Shown here: positions 26,754-37,199 of the stretch, in pieces | How the letters are laid out: every line of letters begins with the position of its first letter | Position numbering within the stretch: the first letter of the stretch is position 1 | DNA from: Candidatus Norongarragalinales archaeon | GTDB taxonomy: Archaea > Micrarchaeota > Micrarchaeia > Norongarragalinales > Norongarragalinaceae | NCBI GenBank assembly: GCA_038884755.1 | Contig: JAWABJ010000001.1 | Span: forward strand, 480,001-544,000 | Reading direction: 5' to 3' | DNA: 64,000 nucleotides | Notes under the pieces: generated by a model | Seen by the model: only the letters and a program-made list of their open reading frames with translations | Told to the model about the DNA's origin: nothing | Databases searched by the model: none | Program-made: the position numbers and the translations under genes

Positions 26754-27836
26754 TCACTTGCAGTTTTCAATCCTGCAATAGTCGAACAAGTATCTCTTGC
26801 TTCGCGACCCTTCCCAGATTATTTCGAAAGTCTTTTGCGTCTGGCTGCTGCCGGTGGGCGCAAGCAAGCCCACGAAAGAACTGTTTTGCGCTACAGTCGA
26901 GCCAGCCGCGTCGTTGATTTTCACCAAAGCGATTATCGAAGGAATGTCTTCCTTGCCTGGGTTGGAGAAAAAGCACTGGCCTTCCACGCGCAGTTTTCCC
27001 TTCTCGTTTACCGAAGGGCGGATAGTCTTCGCGCCGAAAAGCCCGAACCACTCGGGCGGGTTGTAATAACGGTCGAAGAGCGAGCACGAAACGCTCCCTT
27101 GCGTCGAAGTACGGAAGAAAACGAAGTACGCCAGCGCCAGCACGACGAGCGCCAAAAGCAGGTAGCGCACCCAAGGAGTTTGCAGGGCTTGCGGGCCTGA
27201 ACCGCCTTTTCCAGCCGCGGCTCCAGAAACCGCGCCCACTGTTTTTCCTAAAAGTTCCGCCCAGCCAGAAGGCGTCTTCATCTTTTGCACCGTCTCGCCC
27301 GCAGCTTCGCCCAATCCCTTGGCCCGCTGCGGAATGGCTTCGGCTCCCTGCGGATTGCCCAGCACGGCGTCGATGTCTATCTTGAAGGAATCGTTGGCAA
27401 CGTCGACCCAAACTTGGTATGAAGGAATGTAGTATTTCGTAGCAGCGGATATTGAAACCATTTCCCGCTTCAGTCCCGCGTGGGCGGCGACTTTGGTCGC
27501 GGCGACTTCGTTCAACTCGCTTTTAGAAATTGCGGTTGGCAGGACTTCAACCTCGGCGCCCGGCTCGGTCTGAGTCGCTTTTTTTGTCGGGCGTTCGAGC
27601 AAATAAGGAATGTAGTCGTTCAATTCCCCCGTGTAGGCGTTCAACGCAGTTTTGCCTGTCGGCGACGCTTCGCCGGCTAGCACGTCGAAGCTGAAAACCC
27701 AGTAAGGGGTGTAGACGAGTTTTACGTCGGAAATGTCGAATTGCTTCCAGCCGCGCTGGGCGACCGCTTTCTGCACCATTCCCAACGCCGCTTCGGGCGT
27801 GAGCACGGTTTTGAAAGACTGCGCGTCGAGAATCAT
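26754..27836 (-). CDS. Single-pass membrane protein with duplicated N-terminal domain, unknown function
   Basis: Repeats LVYTPYWVF...LNAYTG and KYYIPSYQV...IDAVLG; TM YLLLALVVLALAYFVFF; Cys-containing C-terminal domain. Confidence 0.75.
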   Translation of the reverse strand: MILDAQSFKTVLTPEAALGMVQKAVAQRGWKQFDISDVKLVYTPYWVFSFDVLAGEASPTGKTALNAYTGELNDYIPYLLERPTKKATQTEPGAEVEVLPTAISKSELNEVAATKVAAHAGLKREMVSISAATKYYIPSYQVWVDVANDSFKIDIDAVLGNPQGAEAIPQRAKGLGEAAGETVQKMKTPSGWAELLGKTVGAVSGAAAGKGGSGPQALQTPWVRYLLLALVVLALAYFVFFRTSTQGSVSCSLFDRYYNPPEWFGLFGAKTIRPSVNEKGKLRVEGQCFFSNPGKEDIPSIIALVKINDAAGSTVAQNSSFVGLLAPTGSSQTQKTFEIIWEGSRSKRYLFDYCRIENCK

Positions 27837-27929
27837 TTTTGCAATCGAGATTATTTCCGCAAGGCGGTTTTTAACGGTTTTCAGAATAGTGGGAAAACGA
27901 GAAAAAGTAAAAAGGGCAACAAAAAAGTT

Positions 27930-28292
27930 TTAGTGCCTTCTCTTGACGATTTTCACGTTGTGCGGCGTGAGCAGAATCTTGTCTTCGTCAATGCGCGCGA
28001 TGTCGCCGTTTATCTCGACGGCAAAGCCCTTGAGCCTCGAAACGACGTCCTTAAGCTTCTGCGGGTTACGCGCTATGGGCGTAATGTTGAGCAAAACGAG
28101 ATTCCTGCTTTTCAATTCTTCCTCGACGATAGACACGTCTGTCTCGCGTTGCAACGCAATGGGCTTCACGTAAAAGTCGGCTTCCTTGTGGAGAATGTCC
28201 ACTTCTTCCGCCTCGGCGGCGGTCATGAACTCGTCCAAGTTCATTTCCCTCTTTATTCCCAACGCTTTAGTAAGTCCGTCGAAAACGCCCAT
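27930..28292 (-). CDS. sepF: Archaeal cell division protein SepF
   Basis: N-terminal amphipathic MGVFDGLTKALG; LVLLNITP; INGDIARI...ILLTP..VKI. Confidence 0.92.
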   Translation of the reverse strand: MGVFDGLTKALGIKREMNLDEFMTAAEAEEVDILHKEADFYVKPIALQRETDVSIVEEELKSRNLVLLNITPIARNPQKLKDVVSRLKGFAVEINGDIARIDEDKILLTPHNVKIVKRRH

Positions 28293-28476
28293 GTTGTTTC
28301 ACCTTCGATAAGCAAATGCATTATTCGGCTTTTATAGCTTTAAGAGAATACTCGCACACTTTTTAAAAGCCTTTGCTTCCCGCGAGCGAGAGTAAAAACG
28401 TTTTGGACAGCAAAACAAATAAATGCCGTTCAAGGCAATATTCTACCTGGTTGAAGCGGATAGCGGTGGGCTTGTG

Positions 28477-29667
28477 GTGGATTTCGCCGAAATACTGGAA
28501 GAAGGCAACTCTGTTTTCAAAGACAAGGGCGCGTTGAGTCCCCACTACGTTCCAGAAACGCTGTTGTACCGGGATGAGGAAATAAAAAAGATAATGATCT
28601 GCCTTGCGCCCGCGCTGAAAGGCCAGAAGGCGAAAAACCTGTTCATTTACGGCAAGACTGGAACGGGAAAAACCGTTTCCACGAAACACGTGTTGGACAA
28701 GCTCTTGCAGCAGGGCAACCCGCACGTTTTCGGGCTTTACATGAACTGCCGCGTTTACGACTCCCGCTACAAGATTTTGCAGAAGACCATCACCGAATTT
28801 CACCCCGACATCGCCAAAACGGGCTATTCATTCGCAGTCCTGTACGAAAAGTTTCTCGACTGGCTGGAAGAAAACGGAAAGCACGTGGTTTTACTTTTGG
28901 ACGAAATCGATTTGGTAAAGGATTTGGACCAGATGATTTATACGCTGACGAGAGTCAACGATGACTTGCGCGCGGGCAGCTTGACGCTAGTCGGGGTAAG
29001 CAACAAAGTAGGCTTCACGAAAAAGCTCGATGCGCGCTCGCGCTCTTCCCTCTGCGAAGAGGAACTGGTTTTCCAGTCTTACAACGCAAACCAGCTTTCT
29101 GGAATATTGAAGCAAAGGTGCGAGAAAGCGTTCCAAGACGGGCTGGTGGAAGATTCTGCCATAAACGTCGCAGCGGCAATCGCGGCCGCAGACAACGGGG
29201 ACGCGCGTTATGCCCTGATGCTTTTGCTCCGCGCCGGCGAGCTCGCGGAAAAAAGCAATTTGCAGAAAATCACCGACAAGCAAGTCGAAGAAAGCCGCAA
29301 GGCGGCCGAGGAAGACAAGGCTTTCGAACTCATTTCCTCGCTGCCGGAACACCAGCAGCTCGTGCTTTACGGCCTCGCAAAACTGGGGAGCGACACGAAA
29401 TACAAGAGGCTTGTGGAAGAATCGGGGGACAAGCTTTACTTCAGCGGGGAAGTGTATGAAGCGTACGTTGAGAGTGCGAAGAAGTTCAACCGCGAACCGC
29501 GCACCTCGCGCTGGTACAGGGAGTATTTGCACGAGCTGGACATGCTCGGGTTGATTTCGACGGTCCAAAGCGGGAAAGGCATAAGGGGGCAGACTACGCT
29601 CATCCGCTCGTCTTACGAAGCGCCGAAAATGAAGAAAACCATTGAAAAAACCCTCTCGGGCGAATAG
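28477..29667 (+). CDS. cdc6: Orc1/Cdc6 replication initiator
   Basis: LSPHYVPETLLYR, YGKTGTGKT, LLDEID, GDARYAL, winged-helix end SGKGIRGQT; start approximate. Confidence 0.96.
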   Translation: MDFAEILEEGNSVFKDKGALSPHYVPETLLYRDEEIKKIMICLAPALKGQKAKNLFIYGKTGTGKTVSTKHVLDKLLQQGNPHVFGLYMNCRVYDSRYKILQKTITEFHPDIAKTGYSFAVLYEKFLDWLEENGKHVVLLLDEIDLVKDLDQMIYTLTRVNDDLRAGSLTLVGVSNKVGFTKKLDARSRSSLCEEELVFQSYNANQLSGILKQRCEKAFQDGLVEDSAINVAAAIAAADNGDARYALMLLLRAGELAEKSNLQKITDKQVEESRKAAEEDKAFELISSLPEHQQLVLYGLAKLGSDTKYKRLVEESGDKLYFSGEVYEAYVESAKKFNREPRTSRWYREYLHELDMLGLISTVQSGKGIRGQTTLIRSSYEAPKMKKTIEKTLSGE

Positions 29668-29769
29668 CAATCAGGGCGTCGGGTGCACGCGCTCTACTTT
29701 TTGGAAAGTAATTAAACCCGCGAGAGCGTTGTGTATTATTGCATCACAAGAAACAAAAAGTGGAAAAAA

Positions 29770-30867
29770 ATGACTTCAGACAGCAAAGCGTTGTACGAAT
29801 TCAGAAAGCAGCTGGAAGCGCTGAAGAAATTCCAGGGCCGCGGCACGGAATTGATAAGCGTTTACATCACCCCAGGGTACAACATTTCCGAAATCGTCAA
29901 CAAGCTCAAAGAGGAATACGGGCAGGCGTCCAATATCAAAAGCGCGACCACGAAAAAAAACGTGCAAGCCGCTTTGGAGAAGATAATGCATTTCTTGAAG
30001 GGGGCCAATAAGCCGCCGGAAAACGGCATGGCCGTTTTTTGCGGAAACGTTTCCGAGAGCGAAGGCAAGGTGGACATAGAAATTTACTCCATAGTCCCGC
30101 CCATGCCCGTTCCCGTGCAATTCTACCGCTGCGAATCGAAATTCGTCCTCGAACCTCTGGAAGAATTGCTGGACGTGGCGGGAACTTATGGGCTGGTGGT
30201 TATGGACGGCAAGGAATGCACGGTCGCAGTGCTGCGCGGCAAGACTATCAAGGTATTGAAGAAACTCGAATCCACTGCACACCAAAAGGTGCACAAGGGA
30301 GGGCAGAGCGCCCAGCGGTTCCAGCGCTTGGCAGAAGAAGGCATCGAATTTTACTACAAGCGCATCGGCGAGGCGATGGACGCGTTCTTGTCGCAGAAAA
30401 ACTTCAAGGGCGCGATTGTCGGAGGGCCGGGGCCTGCGAAAGAAAACTTCATGAAAATGAAGCCGTTCAACTACCAAATCAAAGTCCTAGGCGTCGTCGA
30501 TACGGGGTATACGGACGAATACGGGCTGCGCGAGTTGCTGGAAAAAGCGAGCGACTTGATTGCGGAGCAGGAAGCCATCGTTGAAAAAAAGCTGTTGAAC
30601 GAATTCCTTATTGAAGCGGCGAAAGGCGGGCTTGTGGCGTGGGGGTTGGAGGGCGTCAGGAAGGCGCTGGACAAGAGACAGGCGAACAAGTTTATAGTAA
30701 CCGAAGGCCTGGAAATAATCGAGGACGGAGTTAACGTTGTTTCTCACTTGATAAGCCAAGCTGAAGAGCAGGGCATTGAAGTGATTTTCGTTTCGGAGGA
30801 AACGCCCGAAGGCCAGCAGTTCAAAGGAACGTTCGGCGGCTTGGGCGCTTTCTTGCGGTACCGCTGA
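29770..30867 (+). CDS. prf1: Peptide chain release factor aRF1
   Basis: GRGTELISVY, ASNIKS, YRCE, KGGQSAQRF, FGGLGAFLRY. Confidence 0.97.
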   Translation: MTSDSKALYEFRKQLEALKKFQGRGTELISVYITPGYNISEIVNKLKEEYGQASNIKSATTKKNVQAALEKIMHFLKGANKPPENGMAVFCGNVSESEGKVDIEIYSIVPPMPVPVQFYRCESKFVLEPLEELLDVAGTYGLVVMDGKECTVAVLRGKTIKVLKKLESTAHQKVHKGGQSAQRFQRLAEEGIEFYYKRIGEAMDAFLSQKNFKGAIVGGPGPAKENFMKMKPFNYQIKVLGVVDTGYTDEYGLRELLEKASDLIAEQEAIVEKKLLNEFLIEAAKGGLVAWGLEGVRKALDKRQANKFIVTEGLEIIEDGVNVVSHLISQAEEQGIEVIFVSEETPEGQQFKGTFGGLGAFLRYR

Positions 30868-30893
30868 GCAAGGAGGGCGGGAGAAGGGGAAAG

Positions 30894-32342
30894 TCAAAAC
30901 TCTATTTTCTTGACTTTCATCTTGTCCATCAGCTCGTCAGACTTTTTCTTGATCGTATGGAATTCTTTCTCCAGCTCGAAAGCCTTGCTCAACCCCCTGC
31001 GAAGCCCAGATTGGATTTCGTACATCGCGCTTTGGGCAGGGTAAACGGTTATGGTTTTGAACAAAAACGCCTTGCTTTCGAAACTCTTGCTTTCCGAATC
31101 TTCAATCCGCTTCGCGAGCAGGAAGACGGCGGTGAAGCGCAGCAAAGCTGACGCTACGAACAACGAGGGCAACACGCCCAGACCGAAAAACAGCAGCGAA
31201 GGGTTGTTTTGCAACAGCCCTGCAAGCAAGGCGCCCGCCATTCCGCCCGCGAAAATAGCCGCGCCTTGGAAAACGTTGTAATACGCGACGAATTTCGACT
31301 TGTTTTTTTCCGGCGTGGTCTTGAGGATTAGGTTGAACGAGGCGATGCGCTGTCCCGCCCACCCCAGTCCCGAAAACAATTCGCTGAAAAACAACAGCCA
31401 AGAGTCGCGGAACAAAACCCACTGGAGCGGAATCAGTGCCACGAGCAGCCCGCTGGCGTAAAGCACGCTCTTGTTACCCAGCGAAGCCGAAGTCTCGCCC
31501 CAGTACACCATGGTCAGGAAAATCGAGATTTGCGACACGCTGAAAATCAACGCGTAAGTGTAGTAGTCGAACTCCAGCACGTTGAGGGCGTAGACGGAAA
31601 AGTAAGGCGCTGCAATGAAAACCGCAAACATCAAAAGCGTGTTGTATAACACCAGAGCGCCGAAAGGCGTTTGCCTCAGCGTTTTCACGAAAGACCGGAA
31701 AGTGGCTTCGTCGGTCTGCTCTTCCAACCGCGGCTCGAACTTTCTGCTGAGATAGTAGAGCGATATTATCCTTCCGGCGAACGCAATCGCGAAAATCACG
31801 GTGAAGCCCAAAGCGGCCTTGTCCCAAGACTGGAACAGCCCCAGCACCCAGCCCGCAGCAAGGCTTGAAACGAACGCGGCAAAACCCGTAATTTCGTTGC
31901 GCTTTCCGAAATACTGCGCCCGGTCCTTTTCTTTCACTATGTCGCCCATCCAGCTGGTCCAAGCCGGATTTGCAAAGGACTCGGCGAGAATTGAAACGCT
32001 GTAAAAAAGTATTATCCACGAGATTATGCCGTCGCCGCTCAAGAGCGTTAGGGAAAGCAAGCCAAGCCAGGCCAAGACTTGCAGGGAAACCAGCTTGAGC
32101 ACCAGTTCTTTCCTGCTTTTCACTATGCGCGAGGTGCGCGAGTAGAACAATTGCGCCAGGCTACCCAACAGTTGGGGGAAAGTCTGGAGAAACCCTATGT
32201 CGGCGACAGTAGCGCCCGCGCGCAGGGCGAAAGGCGTCAGGTAGTTCACGCCGAAGCCCACCATGAGCGAGTAGAAAGACCCGTCCTTGACGGAATACTC
32301 TTTCGATTTTTCAAGTTTTTCCTCGAGTTCCTTTTCGTCCAT
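30894..32342 (-). CDS. MFS transporter
   Basis: About 12 TM segments; PAWTSWMGDIV...RAQYFGKRN; start uncertain. Confidence 0.9.
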   Translation of the reverse strand: MDEKELEEKLEKSKEYSVKDGSFYSLMVGFGVNYLTPFALRAGATVADIGFLQTFPQLLGSLAQLFYSRTSRIVKSRKELVLKLVSLQVLAWLGLLSLTLLSGDGIISWIILFYSVSILAESFANPAWTSWMGDIVKEKDRAQYFGKRNEITGFAAFVSSLAAGWVLGLFQSWDKAALGFTVIFAIAFAGRIISLYYLSRKFEPRLEEQTDEATFRSFVKTLRQTPFGALVLYNTLLMFAVFIAAPYFSVYALNVLEFDYYTYALIFSVSQISIFLTMVYWGETSASLGNKSVLYASGLLVALIPLQWVLFRDSWLLFFSELFSGLGWAGQRIASFNLILKTTPEKNKSKFVAYYNVFQGAAIFAGGMAGALLAGLLQNNPSLLFFGLGVLPSLFVASALLRFTAVFLLAKRIEDSESKSFESKAFLFKTITVYPAQSAMYEIQSGLRRGLSKAFELEKEFHTIKKKSDELMDKMKVKKIEF

Positions 32343-32370
32343 GGGTGCAAAACCTTTTTTCAAACGAGAA

Positions 32371-33027
32371 TCAGGCGTCTATCAGTATTGTGACCAAAAA
32401 AACCTTTTTGCCGTTGCGCACGCCAGTAAGCTTGTGCGACAGCGAAAAGGGTTTTTTCAACGAACGCACGGCATCCAGCACCGCGTTCTTGCTTCCCGCC
32501 ACCAAGTCCGCGCCGCCGGTTTTCTTTAACTCCGTCTTCCAAAACGTTTTTCCTTCGATCGCTTTTTCCAGCTTTTGCAAAACCCGTTCTACCCTTCGTT
32601 CATCCCCCCGTATTTGCACTATAGCTTCCTTGTACCCGCCCGCCTGGCGCGAGCAGTCGAGGCAAAGCGTTTTCGAAAAAGGGATTTCGAAATGCTTTTC
32701 CTGCTTTACGTCGTGCCCGTCGACTTTCAAATGGAATTTAGCGTGAACGCCAACAAAACGCTTTCCTTGCGTGAAGGACACTTGGGTGGAAAGAGGAAAG
32801 CGCGACTTGCTCTTGTGCGCCACCATTTCTTCGACGACTTTCGGGGTGAATTCCACCCACGCGCTTCCGCTTTTCACGCGGAGGCAGCGGGGGCACAGCG
32901 TGAGCGAAAGGTTTTTCCCGGCAACTTCGACAAGCTGTTGCTTGGAAAAACAGTCTATGCAGAAAGAGCCTACGAACTGCTTTTCGCTCTTTCCGCACGA
33001 AGGGCATATTTTCAAGTTCAACACCAT
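32371..33027 (-). CDS. NMD3-related ribosome biogenesis protein
   Basis: CPSCG, FCIDC, CPRC, CLDCSRQAGGYKEAIVQIRG. Confidence 0.92.
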   Translation of the reverse strand: MVLNLKICPSCGKSEKQFVGSFCIDCFSKQQLVEVAGKNLSLTLCPRCLRVKSGSAWVEFTPKVVEEMVAHKSKSRFPLSTQVSFTQGKRFVGVHAKFHLKVDGHDVKQEKHFEIPFSKTLCLDCSRQAGGYKEAIVQIRGDERRVERVLQKLEKAIEGKTFWKTELKKTGGADLVAGSKNAVLDAVRSLKKPFSLSHKLTGVRNGKKVFLVTILIDA

Positions 33028-33099
33028 TATTGCTCTTGCGGAAACCGCAAAAGTATTATTTTTAACCGCAATCGCGTTTTAAAGTTTGTTTAATTCATT

Positions 33100-34899
33100 T
33101 TGAGAGCGTGGTTTAAAGTGGCTGTCGACCAGAGGGAAAAAGCGCTGAGCGCCAGCAAGCTGTTTTTCCGAGTGCCTCCTTCGAAGAGGACGCTGGTCGC
33201 GCTGCTTTTGGCGACCAGCTTGTTGGGCTTTGCCTTCAGGATTTACGCAGGCAACGGAGTCTCAAACGCGCTAGTGTACGGAGTGGCGGAAGGCGTTTTG
33301 CTGCTGGGCCTGCCGGCTTTGCTCGCCGCAGCCCTTTCCTCGCTTTACTACAAAGAGCCGTTCAAGTACAATATTTTCATAGGAGCGACTGCCGCAGTAA
33401 TCGCAGGCACGGTTTACTTAGTGGGATTCGCAGGGGGACAGCTGGTCAATTCAATAATACTCGCGAACGCATTATGCATCCTCCTGTGGTTCAGCGCGTC
33501 TTTCGTCGGGCTCAACCAGGGCGTGAAATCCATTCCCGCAAGCTTTCTGCAGGCGTTTTTCAACGCGTCTTTCTTGTGGTTCTGGCAGCGCTTCGGGTTC
33601 ATAGAATCCTCGTTCGCAATAGGCTCGCTTCCCTTAGCCGCAATCAAGATACTCGTTTCATCCGGAATCCTTCTCTTGGGATTGTGGGCTGTTTTCTACG
33701 TGGTCAACGCGCCTGCCAAGCGCAATTTCGGCATTTCCACAATCCAGGCAGTCGCGCTGTTCTTCTCGCAGTGGACCACAGGAAAGAAAGAATTCGAGGA
33801 AATACTGGCTGAAATGGGCGAGCCCGTCGAAACCACGGTCGAAGGCGTGGTTTTCAAGAACGTGCGGGGAAAAACCAAAGCGGTGTTCTTTTCCCCGCAA
33901 GTGCACTTCGGGCCGTTCGGAAACGTTGGCGGAAGCGAATTCCCGTTCTTGCTTTCACAAAAAATTTCTTTTGAAACAAAAGCGCCTTGCTTCGTTTTCC
34001 ACTCCACGGTCAACCACGACTTCAACCCAGTCTACTCCTCCACTCACGCGCTTATCTCAAAAAAAGCGTTGCAAGCCATTGCCGCCTCGTCCAAAAACTT
34101 TTCTTCCCAAGCGTGCTTCGTGCACTCGCGCGAAGGTAGTGCGAGCGTGGCGGGCTTCGCCTTCGGCAAAAACGCGTTTCTAACGCTCTCCCGCGCTCCC
34201 GAAAGCACTGAAGACATCGAGCTTTCGCTCGGGCTTGCCTTGAAAAATTCTGCAAGAAGAAAATTCGGCGAAGCTATAATAGTGGACAGGCACAATTCTT
34301 TGACGGACGGCAGCATTTTCCGCGTGGGAAGCAGGGAGTTTCTCGAGTTCGAAAAAGCGGTTTCGGGCGTTGAAAACGGAAAGCAAAACTCGTTCAGGCT
34401 GGGCGTGAGCGAGCGAAGCCTCGATTCGTTCACCCTCGACAACGGAGTCGGAAAAGCGGGGTTGAAAACCGCTGTGTTCGAAATCCGGGGAAAGAAATAC
34501 TGCATCGCGCTTATCGACGGCAACAATATCCTGCCGTCGTTCCGCGCCAACGCGCTGCTGTCGCTGAGAAACTACGGGTTCGAGTGGGCCGACATTTTTT
34601 CCACCGACACGCACTCTGCGAACAAGATTGGCGGGGTGCACAACCCCGTGGGAAGAAACTTGAACCACGAAAAGCTCATTGAGGAAATAAGGAAAGGCGT
34701 TGACGAGGCGCTGGAAAACCGGGAAGAGTGCAAGGCGGCGTTCTTTTCCGACAGCGTGGGGGTCAGCGTCCTGGGAGGGAGGAAGCAAAGCGAACTCACG
34801 TCGACCATCAACTCGGTAGTTGCAATAACTCGCGTGCTTGCGCCAGCGATTTTCGCAGTCTGCGTTTTAGCCGTCCTCTTCCTCCTCTTGGCGTCGTAA
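33100..34899 (+). CDS. DUF2070-like archaeal membrane protein
   Basis: Multi-TM N-terminus; VHFGPFGNVGGS, HSTVNHDFNP, VDRHNS, IDGNN, STDTH. Confidence 0.85.
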   Translation: MRAWFKVAVDQREKALSASKLFFRVPPSKRTLVALLLATSLLGFAFRIYAGNGVSNALVYGVAEGVLLLGLPALLAAALSSLYYKEPFKYNIFIGATAAVIAGTVYLVGFAGGQLVNSIILANALCILLWFSASFVGLNQGVKSIPASFLQAFFNASFLWFWQRFGFIESSFAIGSLPLAAIKILVSSGILLLGLWAVFYVVNAPAKRNFGISTIQAVALFFSQWTTGKKEFEEILAEMGEPVETTVEGVVFKNVRGKTKAVFFSPQVHFGPFGNVGGSEFPFLLSQKISFETKAPCFVFHSTVNHDFNPVYSSTHALISKKALQAIAASSKNFSSQACFVHSREGSASVAGFAFGKNAFLTLSRAPESTEDIELSLGLALKNSARRKFGEAIIVDRHNSLTDGSIFRVGSREFLEFEKAVSGVENGKQNSFRLGVSERSLDSFTLDNGVGKAGLKTAVFEIRGKKYCIALIDGNNILPSFRANALLSLRNYGFEWADIFSTDTHSANKIGGVHNPVGRNLNHEKLIEEIRKGVDEALENREECKAAFFSDSVGVSVLGGRKQSELTSTINSVVAITRVLAPAIFAVCVLAVLFLLLAS

Positions 34900-34928
34900 G
34901 CGTATTTGAAGAGTGTGAGCATTCAAAA

Positions 34929-36065
34929 ATGAAAATAGCTTTTTTCACCGACACGTTCTACCCCAACGTCGACGGGGTGGTCACGACGCTAGTCAACTAC
35001 AGGAATGAAATGCAGCGCAAGGGCGAGAAAGTTTTCGTGTTCACTTCGGGAGACAGGAAAACGCGCGAGGAAAACAAGGACAACCGCGTTTTCGTTTTCC
35101 ACTCGGTCCGCTTTCCCCCCTACCCGCAGTACAAAATCGCATTGTACCCTTTCAACTCCAGCGAAATAGCGCGCGAAAAGAAGATAGAAATCGTGCATTG
35201 CCACGCGCTCGCGTCCATGGGACTCGCGGCAATAAAAACCTCGCGCGACTTGCAAGTCCCGCTTTTGGGAACGTTCCACACGATGGTTCCGCTGGCTGCG
35301 AAAAAAATGGTGGGGAAAACTGCCGAGAAAATCTTGTGGAAGGCGGTCAAGGTTTTCTACGACCGCTTCGACCTCGTCACGTGCCCCACTGAAACCATAC
35401 GGGGGATACTGCGGGAAAAAGGCGTCGAGAGCGTCGTAGTCCCCAACGGCGTCGATACCGAAAAGTACAACCCGCGCGTGAAGGCTAACGTTGTCAGGAA
35501 CTTGATTGCAGCAGACAAGATCGTGCTCGTAGCTGGCAGGATAAGCCAGGAAAAAAACGTGGACGTCATCGTGCGCGCGGCTTCGGAAGTCTTGAAGCAA
35601 ACGAACGGGTTGAACGTCAAGTTCGTAATAACCGGAGACGGGCCGGACCGCAAGCGAATCGAAGAAATGGCGAAAAGCGAGGGGCTGTGGAAAAACTTCG
35701 TTTTCACAGGTTTCGTCAAGCAAGAGCACTTGCCTTCGTACTACGCAGCAAGCGATTGTTTCGCGACGGCGTCGACGTTCGAAACGCAAGGTCTCGCCTT
35801 GCTTGAAGCAATGGCCTGCGGAAAGCCGGTTGTCGGGGCGAAAGCTATGGCAATTCCAGAAGCAGTGCGCAACGGCAAGAACGGGTTTCTCTTTCCACCA
35901 GGCGATGAAGGCGCGTGCGCGGAGAAAATATTGAAAATTTTGGGCATGAACAAGGCAGGCTACGCCCGGATGTCGAAAAACGCCCGTGCGACCGCGGAAA
36001 AGTTTTCCGTGCCGAAAAGCACGTCGAAAATGCTGGACATTTACGCCGAGCTTTTACACCGATGA
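34929..36065 (+). CDS. GT4 glycosyltransferase
   Basis: MKIAFFTDTFYPNVDGV, ETQGLALLEAMACGKPVV. Confidence 0.94.
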   Translation: MKIAFFTDTFYPNVDGVVTTLVNYRNEMQRKGEKVFVFTSGDRKTREENKDNRVFVFHSVRFPPYPQYKIALYPFNSSEIAREKKIEIVHCHALASMGLAAIKTSRDLQVPLLGTFHTMVPLAAKKMVGKTAEKILWKAVKVFYDRFDLVTCPTETIRGILREKGVESVVVPNGVDTEKYNPRVKANVVRNLIAADKIVLVAGRISQEKNVDVIVRAASEVLKQTNGLNVKFVITGDGPDRKRIEEMAKSEGLWKNFVFTGFVKQEHLPSYYAASDCFATASTFETQGLALLEAMACGKPVVGAKAMAIPEAVRNGKNGFLFPPGDEGACAEKILKILGMNKAGYARMSKNARATAEKFSVPKSTSKMLDIYAELLHR

Positions 36066-36123
36066 TTTAAATAGGGAAAAAACGGTAGTAAAAAGAAAAG
36101 CAAAAAAAAACGAGGGGTTTCGA

Positions 36124-36549
36124 ATGGCTGTGCCTTTGGTAAGCGTTGATTTCGTCGCAGTCGTCCTGGCGGCGATAGCGAGTTTCGTAATCGGGATGGT
36201 TTGGTATTCGCCTATGCTATTCGGTAAAATGTGGATGAAGGAAATGAAAACGAGCGAAAAGGAAATGAAGAAGGGCAAGAAGAACATGACTCAAAGCTTC
36301 GCCTTCGCTTTCGTAGGTGCGCTGGTGATGGCTTACGTTCTCGCCCACTTTATCGCTTACGCAACTGGCGGCTATCCGACGCTCATGGACGGAATTACTA
36401 CCGCATTCTGGGCGTGGCTCGGGTTCGTAGCGACTGTAAGCGCGGGAATGGTTTTGTGGGGCGGAAAATCCTGGAACCTGTACGCCTTGACTGCTGGCAA
36501 CGATTTGGTGTCCATGCTCGCCATGGGCGCGATTATAGCGCTTTGGTAA
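36124..36549 (+). CDS. DUF1761-like membrane protein
   Basis: AVVLAAIASFVIGMVWYSPMLFGKMWM; four TM segments. Confidence 0.85.
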   Translation: MAVPLVSVDFVAVVLAAIASFVIGMVWYSPMLFGKMWMKEMKTSEKEMKKGKKNMTQSFAFAFVGALVMAYVLAHFIAYATGGYPTLMDGITTAFWAWLGFVATVSAGMVLWGGKSWNLYALTAGNDLVSMLAMGAIIALW

Positions 36550-36553
36550 TCCG

Positions 36554-37198
36554 CTAGGCAGAGCATTCCACTTGCGCCAGAATCGATTCCTTTGGAATTA
36601 TCCCGGCGTAAGCCTTTTCTTTAATCACTATCGAAGGCGTTTGCGTTATAGCGTAACGGCTTTTTATCGCGTTCACAACGCCTATGTCCAAGTCAGTGGG
36701 AAAAGCAAAAACGCGCACGTTCTTGCACTCGTCCCTCACGCTGTTGAGAATCTGCGCTTGAGCGCGGCATTCCACGCAATCCTGCGTGTCCGGATAGAAA
36801 TACATTATAGGAATCGTGCCGGAAGAGCCGCACACGTTTTGCAGCTGTTGCAGGTAAAGCCACAATTCTGAATTCGCCAGGATAAACCTCCGCTTGGTGC
36901 GCGAAGTGTCCGCGAGGACGGCCGAAGACTCCGTCGCCTGCAATTGGTTGAACAAATCGTAAAGTTTGTTTATTTGCGAGCGGGCGGTTTCCTCGAGCGC
37001 GGGACACGCTTCGAGCGAGTTGTTGTAAGTTTGGGTGTAAAGCAAGAGCGTGCGCGCGGACTGCATTTCCTCCTCCAAGTCGGCGACACGCGCTTGCAAG
37101 TCTTGCGCCCGCGAGTCGTCCAAATACTTCACGAAAAAGTAGTTGCCCGTGAACAGCACGAGCGTGATCACCAAAGCCTTCACGTAAACGCTTACCAT
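36554..37198 (-). CDS. Membrane-anchored protein with C-terminal thioredoxin-like domain
   Basis: N-terminal TM, helical linker, YFY....CVEC, TPSIVI. Confidence 0.75.
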   Translation of the reverse strand: MVSVYVKALVITLVLFTGNYFFVKYLDDSRAQDLQARVADLEEEMQSARTLLLYTQTYNNSLEACPALEETARSQINKLYDLFNQLQATESSAVLADTSRTKRRFILANSELWLYLQQLQNVCGSSGTIPIMYFYPDTQDCVECRAQAQILNSVRDECKNVRVFAFPTDLDIGVVNAIKSRYAITQTPSIVIKEKAYAGIIPKESILAQVECSA

Positions 37199-37199
37199 G

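Noticed and set aside
28293..28476. Replication origin beside cdc6
   Set aside because: Short divergent intergenic region with no repeated ORB-like boxes or G-strings visible
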